Shown one piece after another: positions 14,841 through 27,028 of a stretch of DNA of 64,000 nucleotides. Every line of letters begins with the position of its first letter. Position 1 is the first letter of the stretch. Below the pieces are notes generated by a model. The model was not told the DNA's origin, made no database searches, and was given only the letters and a program-made list of their open reading frames with translations. Both the position numbers and the translations under genes were made by a program. This DNA is from Eledone cirrhosa (taxonomy: Eukaryota): NCBI GenBank assembly GCA_964016885.1, contig OZ024741.1, forward strand, positions 54,870,001 to 54,934,000, given 5' to 3'.

Positions 14841-15929
14841 ACATTGCTACAGTGCGTTCCAAGTAGAAATCTCACCTTCTATCACCAACAAAGCGATGGC
14901 GAATTTGCTAGGAGTTGCAACCGAATGATATTATCAGCATTGGAAAAGCCAATGGAAATGTAGTTTCCTTGGTTCGATCTGACGATCGGCTTAATTTCTT
15001 TCCTGGTTTCCTAATTTGGGACCGTTTCTCAACCTCACCTGCATGCAATGGTCCTTGTGAAAACATTTCTTATAATACTTTGCTCAACGAGGATATGGCA
15101 TGAAAAAACTTCCTAATACATTCAAACCACACTAGAGACGTCATTCGGTCTATTCTTATCTTACTGTCATTTATGTCAGATTTTTATCTTACTTTTAGTG
15201 CATGGTTTGCATATGAATTCATGTACATTGACATAACCGGGATATTGCTTCAGTCGAGGTGCCGGCCGGTCTCGCGAGGGAGGCCTATACTAGTTAAACG
15301 GATCACAAAGGCTTTGTTTTCTGATACAAATCACCGGTGACAAGGGTTTAAATTCGAACTCAGAACACTATGAGTTGGAAAGAATACTGCAAAGCACCTC
15401 GTTCCGATGTTCTAACAATTCATACAATCCACTAGCAAGGATAATTATTTGATTTACCGACCTCACAAAATATGAGTGTCGATGGAATTTGAAATCAGAA
15501 CTCAGAGTTGGTGGGATACAGCAAGGTAATCCACATAACTCGCCAACAACTCCGTCCCCTCCACCCTCCTAGATATGCAGTTTAATTTATCGACACCTAA
15601 AGGAGAGGGATATGAACTCAGAGCACAGATAGCCGGAGCAAATTCCACGGGGTATTCTTTCTGACGTTCTAACTACTCTATCAATTTGACAGTGTAACAT
15701 CGATATATCACATTTCGGTGATGTATATTGGCAAAAAGTTGCTAAATGTAAATAAATTAAATTTAAGAAGAAGAATTATAATAATTCATATGTTAAAGGT
15801 TAAATTTCGTCATAAATATATTTTGGATATGTAATACCTAACAAAGGTAGACAGTGGTAAAATAAGTTCACTGCTGGAGATTGAAGAGAACTGTGAATTA
15901 TCCTTAGTAACTTATACATATATATACGA

Positions 15930-16022
<93 letters not shown>

Positions 16023-16190
16023 ATACATTAACAGAGAAAGCTTTTAGCGATACTCTGACCAACTCTATCTCACTCAACAAATATTAGGATATACCTGAGT
16101 ATAATCCCAATTTTGTGTTTGGGGTTATTCCGTGGATAGTTGGTTGTATTATTTTATATGAAACATAATTAAATAAATCTCTCTTTCTTT

Positions 16191-16311
16191 ACATACGATC
16201 GTTTCGTTATAAGATTTCTACAACGTGGGAGAAATAATGTCCAAGTTATGTAGAAACTTGTATATAATCTATAGATATACACACAAGTGGGCCCTTATAA
16301 CTCATCAGTGG
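16191..16311 (-). ncRNA. HHR motif with long stem II insertion
   Basis: Reverse complement reads CTGATGA gttataag [~80 nt] cttataac GAAAC gatc GTA tg. It lies in an insert (16020-16742) between TA tracts. Stem I is weak. Confidence 0.65.
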
Positions 16312-16741
16312 ATGCCCATGCAATATCAATATAAAAAACTACATCGATATTAATATTCAGTGATGGTCTCTGTCAGTGCTAGAAGGACCGCCAAATTTGA
16401 AAGCCCAGTAGTCCTGCAAAAAGAAATTTCACACTGTCTCCAAAAGGGAAGGGGAGGTCATCGTAAAATCTAAAATAATATACACGTAGGTCATTGAACC
16501 CTTTTAAGTATTCTAACCACGTGCTTAAGAACTCAATTGGATATTAAAATAATATATACGCATAGAGATATTTAAAAAATAATAAATATATGTACGCATT
16601 ATTTATATATACATAGAGGTATTTTCTGAGGCAAAATAACAGACATGAGATACAGGAAAAGGCAATCAATATTTAATATAAAGAATAAATAAAGATAGTC
16701 ATACCTAAATATCTGCAATTTTCATATCTGGCCATCCAAGA

Positions 16742-16774
<33 letters not shown>

Positions 16775-16777
<3 letters not shown>

Positions 16778-17813
16778 TTATTAAAATAACAGATTAAAGT
16801 TTAAGCAAAGAATCGCTGCTTTGTGAAGGTATGTATTCCTCCTCGTACGTATATTTGACTGTTATGGCGTATAAGTTTTACATATTCTGGTATTTAGGGT
16901 TTGGCTATGTGTATACAGGAGTTTTGCGTCTGCGTGAGTATGCAGGTTCGTACGTATGGTGGGTGTGTGTATATGTGTACTTCTTGTTTTAGTTGACTTA
17001 CGTCTCCGAACATTCGTGTATTTATTTGTAGGTATGTGTGTGCGCTTGTTATATACGTATTTATTTACTTATATACGTTTATATAATTATTTATTTATTT
17101 ATTTGTACACAAGCATACACACACACACATATTTATATGTGCGTGGTTTTGTATACCTATGGTAAGGTTTTGCGAATGCTTGTGTATGTACGTATCTGTT
17201 TGCGTGTATGTATTTATTTGTTTCTATTACTTCTGTATTGTATTTATTTACTTTGTTCTTAACTCTGTAGCGGAGATTCATTTGGTCTCCTAGTTAGAAT
17301 TTTAGTCTACAACTTCTGCTTTACCTTTTACGTGGTTTTGTCTTTGCGTGCTATTGTTCTCCACGCTCCACATATGACGTATTATCTTCGTTTTTTTTCG
17401 TTCATCGCCAGAGAATTCTCTATGCACCACCTAAGAGAACATTAGTCTACGACCTCTATTATACCATAAACGTGGTTCTGTCTTTGCGCGTAATTGTTTT
17501 TCACCGCTCCTATTAATGACGTATTATTCGTTTTTTCCCGTTCTTAGCCAGCGAACGTTTCCACGAACCAAAGTATCGTCTTCCTGTCTTCCTGTCTTCC
17601 TCCGGTTGCAACGTTTTTTGAAATATCCAGTTCTGCGTTTACAGATTGACTTTGTTAGTTTCAGAAGATCCCGTTAAGGGTGAAAGCAGCGATTCTTTGC
17701 TTAAACTTTAATCTGTTATTTTAATAAATATTTGCTCTACGGTTCTTATATATTTGATATATATTTTCCTTATCGAGCCCTCTTTGGATTTTAGTCTTCA
17801 ATTTTATTATTAT

Positions 17814-17818
<5 letters not shown>
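16775..17818 (+). mobile_element. Non-autonomous PLE-like insert with short 5' inversion
   Basis: 16775-16822 is the reverse complement of about 17682-17729. The 3' end (17738-17818) recurs inverted at about 36626-36706. TA repeats flank it. Confidence 0.65.
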
Positions 17819-17856
<38 letters not shown>

Positions 17857-17982
17857 TTAGTTAAGCAAAACAAGACCACAAATTTCAAAAGGAAGGACAT
17901 TATTAAAAGATTGTCAAGATATTTTAGTTTGATGTAAGGAATGTAGAGAATAATAATAATAATATTAATAATAATAATGTCT

Positions 17983-18097
17983 GTTTACAATTGTTTCACC
18001 ATATAATATTTCTGGATCAGATGACTATATATCATAATTGATCTGGTTCAGTTGAAAATAATTAACATATTTAAAAGACAGAGCGGCTCATCGGAAC
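17983..18097 (-). ncRNA. HHR motif (C4 variant, long loop II) in PLE-4 pseudo-LTR
   Basis: Reverse complement reads gtt CCGATGA gccg...tggt GAAAC aatt GTA aac. Confidence 0.65.
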
Positions 18098-18482
18098 TTC
18101 AAAGGAATATAAATTAAATTAATGAGATAATGTTACATAATATAATGTTCCATATATTGGTTTTTACTATGGTGTCTTGGTTGCATCAGTTGTCGGCCAT
18201 AATGAAGCAGTATCCATCTGTCCAGGTTGCATTGTGTGAGATCTGCCTATGGGTAACAAGATGGCTGCCAAAGGGCATATTTACCTTACTAATTAGAGGG
18301 TGGTTTCAGGGGAAGTAACTTCTCGAGAGATTAGAAATTGTGGGTGTTTATTGTTAAGTGCTAATTTAAAAATTTTTTTTTTTTTTTTAAATTGAGAGAC
18401 AATGTAGGGGAGGTAACTTATAATTATCGAGTTGTTCATAGCAATTTAACTTATTAGCTACAAGTAAAATGGGGCTACATGA

Positions 18483-18970
18483 CTAAGTTGGGTCAAAAAT
18501 TCTATTGGCTAAGGAATTAGCCCTTCGATGTTGACAGCTAATAGTTACCTCCGTTCTATCGTTAATCGGTAGAGGTCGTGATAGAGTTATGTAATATGCT
18601 TCCGTAATACAGAGATCACAAGATTTTCTTCGTGCATTGAACGCTTGGGCCCTAGCCACGATATCCCATTTTAGTGAGTGTTGAACGTTGTTTAATTTAA
18701 GGTTTTTAATGAGCCTAGCTAGCTATGTCGAACATCTGTTGCTAGGGTCTCGGAAGGAAAAAGAGTGCGCGTTATAGCGTACCTTAAAAGGGTTAGAGGT
18801 AGACCCGATATAAGAGCTGGTATTCGAAGCAGTCTTAACCGTGCACCTATAGACTATGTTGGGTGTCAGGCAGTGTCCATTTAATGGGCATGCATTGTGG
18901 TAACGGCAGTTGCAGTTGCTTCTGCGGTTAGTGAGAGTAGGGTTGTTTAACCTAAGCGGTAATAAGTTCT
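18483..18970 (-). pseudogene. PLE GIY-YIG endonuclease fragment with one internal stop
   Basis: Hand translation: SNCNCRYHNACPLNGHCLTPNIVYRCTVKTASNTSSYIGSTSNPFKVRYNAHSFSF...CST*LARL...KWDIVARA...SCDLCITE...INDRTEVTISCQHRR. Confidence 0.9.
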
Positions 18971-19048
18971 TTGTTAACTTCGATGGAAATTTTTATTAAA
19001 AATCCTGGTTAACTTGAGGAGAACTTTCTTGCATTCGTCGGTGACGTT

Positions 19049-19154
<106 letters not shown>

Positions 19155-19194
19155 CGTGTGTGTGTGTGCGTGTGTGTGTATATATATATATATA

Positions 19195-20143
19195 AATATA
19201 GGTATGTATACGTACATACAACTATGTATACAGACGTACAGTAGTATGTATATATATACATACATGCACACACATATATATATATGCATGTATGGGTTTA
19301 CCGAACATTTATTATAATGTTCGTTTTTTTTTTGTAAACAAACAGCCTGAATTAAGCCGTACAGTGTTCGGCAACCATCGTTGCCTTTTTGTTCAACACT
19401 GACAAAGGAACGATGAACTAGTTTCAAGCTTATTAGCTATCGTCAGCACCGTATACCTTCCTGTCAGATGATTGAACGTTTGAAAGTATATACTTTCCTT
19501 ATGCATATTAACGGCTGAGCAGCCTAATTTGCATATCGAGTGAGTTAGTCGGCCGGGCGTACCGAACACGATAAATGGAAAAGAATGAAATGAAATGAAA
19601 TTTCTCACTCTTAGTACGGCTGATACTTAAATATAAGTATGTATACGTACGTACATAAATGTATACAGACGTACAGTAGTATGTATATATATATACATAT
19701 ATGCACACATATATATATACGTATGGGTACGCCCGGCCGACTAACTCACTCGATATGCAAATTAGGCTGCTCAACCGTTAATATGCATAAAGAAAGTATA
19801 TACTTTCAGACGTTCAATCATCTGACAGGAAGGTAAACGGTGCTGACGATAGCTAATAAGCTTGAAACTAGTTCATCGTTCCTTTGTCAGTGTTGAACAA
19901 ATGGGCAACGATGGTTGCCGAAAACTGTACGGCTTAATTCGGGCTGTTTGTTTACAAACAATCCGAACATTATAATAAATGTTCGGTAAACCCATACGTA
20001 CATATATATATATGTGTGCATGTATGTATATATATACATACTACTGTACGTCTGTATACATATATGTATGTACGTATACTTACTTATATTTAAGTATCAG
20101 CCGTACTAAAAGTGAGAAATTTCATTTCATTTCATTCTCTTCC

Positions 20144-20148
<5 letters not shown>
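19195..20148. mobile_element. Fold-back non-autonomous element with a ~430-bp unit carrying an HHR
   Basis: 19195-19727 (about 1.2 units, minus strand) is inverted against 19728-20148 (+). A second locus is at 33260-33785. Confidence 0.85.
19838..19878 (+). ncRNA. Minimal type I HHR motif
   Basis: cggtg CTGACGA t agct-aata-agct t GAAAC ta GTT catcg. An antisense copy is at 19411-19451. Confidence 0.85.
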
Positions 20149-20197
<49 letters not shown>

Positions 20198-20580
20198 GTT
20201 TATATTGAATAATGAGGTAATCAAGACTGCTCAAGTGCTTACATATATGTAAACATTGAGCGTCTAGATGTTTAAACGTCAACTTTACGCATTTCTTTGT
20301 AAATTGAAACACCTACAGGAAAATACGCAAGGTTGGCATGTTTGTATGTTTGGATACTCAATGTGTAAATATATATAAACATTTATGAGACCTTACTTAT
20401 ATCTGTCACTGTATATATCCGGATATTTATCATATACTTCCGCTACTTAGTACATATTTAAACACACATGCAAACGCATGCGCAGAGACAGAGACAAGAA
20501 TAAATAAATAAACAAATAAATAAATAAATAAAATAAAAATGGCGTATACTTTACAATACAATAGAATGAAACATTATAGT

Positions 20581-20622
20581 ACCACTGATGATGTTGCAGA
20601 TGTGTGACGAAAGAACTTTTAT
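20581..20622 (+). ncRNA. Degenerate HHR motif (same family as 59888-59930)
   Basis: CTGATGA t gttgca-gatg-tgtgac GAAAG aa CTT. Downstream 20750-20850 matches 59245-59325 and, inverted, 59685-59770. Confidence 0.55.
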
Positions 20623-20853
20623 AGACTATATATATATATTTATATCTGTATTTTTAACCGTTGGTCAATCAATGATAAACATTGATTCCCAAATAAATGA
20701 ACTATGGAGATATAAAAAGTACAGAAGCGAAAACCAACCCAAACTAAACAGTGAGTGTGTTCTGTTATTATTTCTGGCAATATTATAACAATATGACCCT
20801 CCCCAAGTATTACAATATTTGTTTCGACATACGATTTCATATAAAAAATCTTG

Positions 20854-20916
<63 letters not shown>

Positions 20917-20924
20917 CATATATA

Positions 20925-21141
20925 TACTGTAAAGTGGTCGTGGTGGTGAAACGACAAAAAGAACCCAGTACTCATTGTAAATGAGGTTGGTGTTAGGAAG
21001 AGCATCTAGCTGTAGAAACCAAGGCAGAATCAGTCCTGTACGAACAAGACATGGTCACATCACCTAGCATTGCACATAACAGGACTACCCCTCTAACCTA
21101 TGCTAGCGTGGAAAATGGACATAATACGGAGGTGATGATGA
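20925..21141 (+). mobile_element. Retroposon 3' fragment ending in (GAT)n
   Basis: ggttggtgttaggaagagcatctagctgtagaaacc...tgctagcgtggaaaatggac...gatgatgat. A second copy is at 24055-24299. Confidence 0.65.
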
Positions 21142-21168
21142 TATATGTACACACACACACACACACAT

Positions 21169-21239
<71 letters not shown>

Positions 21240-21340
21240 TATTGAAATTTCCGTTGGAAACAGAAAAGGTCATAGAAATGAAGAGTGCTCTATATAAGTA
21301 TCAGAGCAAAATTTAATGTATAAAAATCAATACAATATAA

Positions 21341-21416
21341 TTACCTCATTACCAGAGGTTTCCCGAATGAGGCGAATACGAAATAAACGACTTCATTCGT
21401 TCGTCAGACGAGGCAA
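21341..21416 (-). ncRNA. Type I HHR motif
   Basis: Reverse complement reads ttgcctcgt CTGACGA a cgaatga...tcattcg g GAAAC ctctg GTA atgaggtaa. Stem I is 9 bp including G-U pairs. Confidence 0.85.
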
Positions 21417-22195
21417 TATAAAACATAGGCAAATACTTAGAAAAACACATCAAGAAAATCAAAAAAAGATATAGATAAATGAAATAGAAATTGAAATATA
21501 TAAAAATCTATCAAGAAATATAGTTAGGTGTGTGTATATGTATGTATATATGCTCACAGATGTGCATATATGTATATGCGCACATGTATATGTGTAGTGA
21601 GAAAGTGTGCGTAATTCTAAAATTTAGGGCAAATGTATCTATATGTCTGTATTATACAGACAGAAATGGTTACATCGTAAATATATGAATATGAAGGCGC
21701 GCGCATAAAACGCCTGGACACTCGTACACTTAGATGCGGAAAGAAAGGAGGTAAGGGAGTGTAATAATTAAAAGAAAAGTATCAGTCTCGATATATTTAT
21801 AAAAATATAATAACGATAAATTAGAAAGAAAAGATATAAGAAAGAAAAAATTAAAGAAGACAAAAAAAGGGGGGTACATACATACACAGACACGCGTGTC
21901 TCACAAAAGAAATGTAAAAATAATTATGCTTATATACACACGCGCACTTACACTTCCATACGTTCGATACGTACATACACACACACACACATACTTATAC
22001 TCACGCATATAAACCTGTTTGCATGCCCATGTATGAAACTGAGTAAGTAAAAAAAGGGGAAGGGGGGGGGGGGAGAAGAAAAAAGGAACAAAACATAAAA
22101 CCGAGATGTCAAAATCACGGATATAAAGACACGTACACATACGCATAATATATACATACACACACAGACAAACACCTGTATACACACATATATAT

Positions 22196-22290
<95 letters not shown>

Positions 22291-22681
22291 TACACGCACG
22301 CGCGCGCACACACGTAGTCACTCATGTACATATATAAAAAGTATACACACATTAAGGCGTTCAGCCATATTGAATTGTGGATAAATAAGTACAAATATAA
22401 AATTGTAAGATAGGCTGCGCAAAAATAAAATAAAAATAAAAATGAAAAATATATCTGGATTGAAAAACACAAAAGACATGTGTAATCAGTTAGTGGAGGA
22501 AAAGGGGAAGTAAAAGAAGGGGAAGTAAAAAATAGAAAATAGGAAGTGGATCGGAGAATAAAGGGGGGGGGGGAGAAGTAAAAATAAATAAAAGTGAAAA
22601 TAAATGAAATTATTGACAAGGATAAAAATGAAAGTAAGTCAGAAAGGGTAATTAAATAATTAAAAAGAGAATAATAAGAGT

Positions 22682-23990
22682 TTATGGAGGATAAGTATCT
22701 GAAAGTGTGTTAAGTTTATATGAGCTGGAAAGCAGGTGTGATTTCATGTGTGGGCAACTGGTGAAAATTTCCGTCTTTGTGTTCAGGCAGGTCTTTGGTG
22801 ATTTAAGATTTTGCAATATCCAAAATTTTTCATTTATGCAGAGCGTGCATTTTCTTGTTCCTCTAGCATATTTTTTAGATTGGTTCAAAATTGACCAATC
22901 TAGTTTATATTGGATGCCTTGGTCTTTCAAATCCCAAATTCTGCTAGCCAGAGCTGTTGTAAATCTTTTTTCTGGATGTCGAAAGGATGCGACATGTGAG
23001 TAATAACGCGTTTTGAATCTGTCTTGCGTCATATCGTTCACTGGTGGCTGGATGGTTGTTGCTGATGGTTGTCACTTTAGCCGCATATACAATGGCTTTG
23101 GTGTTGCATTTACCTTGTAATGGGCATTCACTTTTGATTCTACAGGAGCAAGTTTGATTTTCTCTAGGTGATATTTTGTTGAGGATATAGGACTTAATAG
23201 GGGGACCGCAGGAATAGCTAATTTTAACACAGTTTCTGTTAAAGATCTTATAGTATCTATGTGTTCTAGGGAAATGTTTATCTAGGAGTTCTAGGAATTT
23301 TTTGCCTACATTAGTTTTAACTGCTAGAGAGTAGGGGGGTGTGAACCAGATTATTTTTCTTTTCCTATTTTTATGTTTAATAGAGTTAGTGTAGTTAGGT
23401 ATGTATTTAATCGGTTCGCTAAAGCCGCTATTTTGGAGGGCTTTATTATAGTAGGGGGATGCCTTATTAAAAATAGCTTCTGAGGAAGAGAGGGTGGAGA
23501 TCCTACGGCTAATATTAGGGATAAGGTTTTTAAAAACTATAGGTGGATGGCAAGATCCTTTATTTATATATTTTAAGTTTTCATTAGGTTTATGGTATGG
23601 TTTATAAGAAGCAGTAGGCAAATCTAGGTTTATATCTAGGAAATCTACGTTGGAAAGGTTAGTGTCAATAGTAATTTTAAGATTAAAACTAGCGAAGGTT
23701 TTTATTAAGTCTTTCCTTAATCTATCTAAGTTATGGCCTATGGTGGTATGGGAAAGTATTAGACCATCATCGCGATAAAGCCCAAAAATATGGTTAGGAA
23801 ATTTTTCTTTCAGTGTATGTAAGAGGAATAGGCCGACCAGATCACAAACCTCGGCACTGTCATAAGAGCCCATTGAGACATGGAATGGGTTCTCTGGGTT
23901 AGATATGTTTACCCAAGTGTCATTATCATTAAAAAGTAGTGTTCCTAGCATGCAAGATGACATCCTCTTCAATATCGGAGATATTAGTGA
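22682..23990 (-). pseudogene. PLE RT (C-terminal part) + GIY-YIG endonuclease, frameshifted
   Basis: MGSYDSAEVCDLVG, GLYRDDGL, FLDINL, CSCRIKSECPLQGKC..IVY. The YIG triplet is lost at a frameshift near 23040. CTLC...CPH follows. Confidence 0.92.
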
Positions 23991-24054
23991 ACCCTCTCAT
24001 GCTATATATGTGTATATATACATATATATGTATATATGTGTGTGTATGTTACGT

Positions 24055-24476
24055 TGGTACCACAAAACATCCAGTTCACTTTGAAAGTGGTCGTGTAGGT
24101 ATCACGACAAAAAGCACCCAGCACACACTGTAAATGTGGTTGGGGCTAGGAAGGGCATCCAGCCATAGAAAACCAGCCAGAAACTGTCCTATATGAGCGA
24201 GACACGGTCACCCGACCCAACCTGCCTCTAAATGGGACAAAAGAGTGTAACTCATGCTAGCGTGGAAGATGGACGTTAAACGATGATGATGATGATGATA
24301 TATATATATATATATATATTCATACGGAACGAAGGTAACCTAAGGGAAACAACAACGAACTCACTCCTACATCATTGGCCAGCCAACACAGGCTGAATAT
24401 AGGTGTAGCAACAAGGGCGGTGCTCCAGCATGGCCTCAGCTGGATGGTTGGGACATGTAAAACAGAGTAAAAGATC

Positions 24477-24478
<2 letters not shown>
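24055..24478 (+). mobile_element. Retroposon fragments: (GAT)n-tailed repeat and SINE-like tail
   Basis: aggaagggcatccagccatagaaaacc...ggacgttaaacgatgatgat; ggcggtgctccagcatggcc...gtaaaaga. Confidence 0.6.
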
Positions 24479-24517
<39 letters not shown>

Positions 24518-24528
24518 TATATATAAAT

Positions 24529-24637
<109 letters not shown>

Positions 24638-24928
24638 TGTGTTTGTGAAGGCTAGTATGGTTCAATGATTAATGTATATTTCAAATAAGTTATTACTGTC
24701 ATTATTGTACAGAATGAAGTGTACGGAAAAAAAAGAGAGCCTTGGGATAGAACAGATGAAATGTGTGTCAGTGAATCCCACTGAGTCCCATTAGAATACA
24801 TTGCTATGGTGATGACTGATAGGCGGCGTGAAATATGTATGGTTTAATAGTTAATTAATCCATTGTTTTACGACTCCTAAAACATACATATATATATGTG
24901 TGTGTGTGTGCGTGTGTGTATATACATA

Positions 24929-25528
<600 letters not shown>

Positions 25529-25536
<8 letters not shown>

Positions 25537-26476
25537 CATTATGAAGAGAGAAGAAACATTAGATATAATTAGTAATAAGATATATCATACCTAAACTGCT
25601 TCTATAGTCCCCGACTACGTAGTTTCGTGGCATATTATGCAAAAATACTACATCATAGAGATATAGAGTTTTTGTGAGGTCTGCCGACTTATCAAGAGGA
25701 TACCTCGTTAAGGGCTTCAAAACACGTCTGTGATGCGCGAGATAGAATCTCGAAAGGCGGAGGGGGAGTCAATCACGTGATACAGCGGTCAAGAAACAGA
25801 GCTAAGCCCCTTATAACCCTGAAAAAAATACCACGGAGGCGGAGGGGGTATTTATATCAAAGCCGTAGAAGAGGTAGTTTGAGGAGGCGAGAAGTATGAG
25901 TAATGGTAGCTATCCAGCAGTTACTACACTTCAAAGGTTACTCGACCAAAGGGAGTTATAAACAATATATAGAGAAACACACAGATACATGCGGACACAT
26001 ACATATACATGAATATATCCACATATATCCCTGAAGGGGCTTAGCTCTGTTTCTTGACCGCTGTATCACGTGATTGACTCCCACTCCGCCTTTCGAGATT
26101 CTATATCGCGCATCACAGACGTGTTTTGAAACCCTTAATGAGGTATCCTCTTGATAAGTCGGCAGACCTCACAAAAACTCTATATCTCTATGATGTAGTG
26201 TTTTTGAATAATATGCCACGAAACTACGTAGTCGGGGACTATAGAAGCAGCTTAGGTTGATATATCTTATTACTAATTATATCTAATGCTTCTTCTCTCT
26301 TCATAATGTATTATATAGCTCTGATACTGAATCAGTCTAATCCATTCGGATTGGTTTGTCCCAGTTATTCATAGAGCAACATCGGTTGAGGTTGGTACCA
26401 CTAACTCAGGGATATATGTGGATATATTCATGTGTATGTATGTGTCCACATGTATCTGTGTGTTTCTCTATATATT
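25529..26476. mobile_element. Complex fold-back non-autonomous element with HHR
   Basis: Inverted repeats 25529-25810/26037-26316 and about 25963-26033/26406-26476. Confidence 0.85.
26146..26238 (+). ncRNA. Type I HHR motif, U3-A8 variant
   Basis: tcctc TTGATAA gt-c-ggca...tgcc-ac GAAAC tacgta GTC gggga. An antisense copy is at 25608-25700. Confidence 0.8.
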
Positions 26477-26489
26477 GTATATATATATT

Positions 26490-26630
26490 ATAGGAAAATG
26501 TTTAAGACCCCGACGGTAGAGCTCAAGCCGTCGGGGTCTTGAACATTTTCCTATTACCCACTCTATTACCCTAAGTAATGAGTACTCTGGTGCGTTATGG
26601 TCTATCTGGTTCCTTACCACACTTCCTTCG

Positions 26631-26632
<2 letters not shown>
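26490..26632 (+). mobile_element. Small hairpin-headed insert family (also 47961-48150 and 30574-30640)
   Basis: The hairpin ataggaa...ttcctat is followed by the shared tail tacccactcta.tacc.taagta.tgagtact.tggtgcgttatggtc...ttccttcgtta and then (TA)n. Confidence 0.75.
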
Positions 26633-26693
<61 letters not shown>

Positions 26694-26717
26694 TGTATGT
26701 ATATATATGTATGTATG

Positions 26718-26770
<53 letters not shown>

Positions 26771-26781
26771 GTATGTATATA

Positions 26782-26813
<32 letters not shown>

Positions 26814-26987
26814 AAAGGTAAACAGAAATAACAAAACAATCGGTACAGTATATGGAAGAATATATTATGTTAACGCTTGAAATAGCAGGAAGAGAGTAAA
26901 CGTTTCGGACGCTAGTCCTTCATCAGAAGATAGAATGAGAAATAAGGTAGATTGAAGGGACGGACGAGTTGAATTTGGAAAATATGT

Positions 26988-27020
<33 letters not shown>

Positions 27021-27028
<8 letters not shown>

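Larger units (their letters stand above)
17833..19046 (-). mobile_element. 5'-truncated PLE (PLE-4): endonuclease plus 3' pseudo-LTR
   Basis: EN coding at 18483-18970, HHR at 17983-18097, TA flanks. Confidence 0.85.
21238..24000 (-). mobile_element. 5'-truncated Penelope-like element PLE-2
   Basis: RT/EN coding at 22682-23990, about 1.4 kb of 3' non-coding sequence with an HHR at 21341-21416, and TA flanks. Assigning the whole 3' region to the element is inference because an internal (TA)n lies at about 22200. Confidence 0.8.

Noticed and set aside
17661-17700. HHR-like cagaaga t ccc-gttaa-ggg t gaaa
   Set aside because: U4 is replaced by A and stems I and III cannot be paired convincingly, so it is not counted as a ribozyme.
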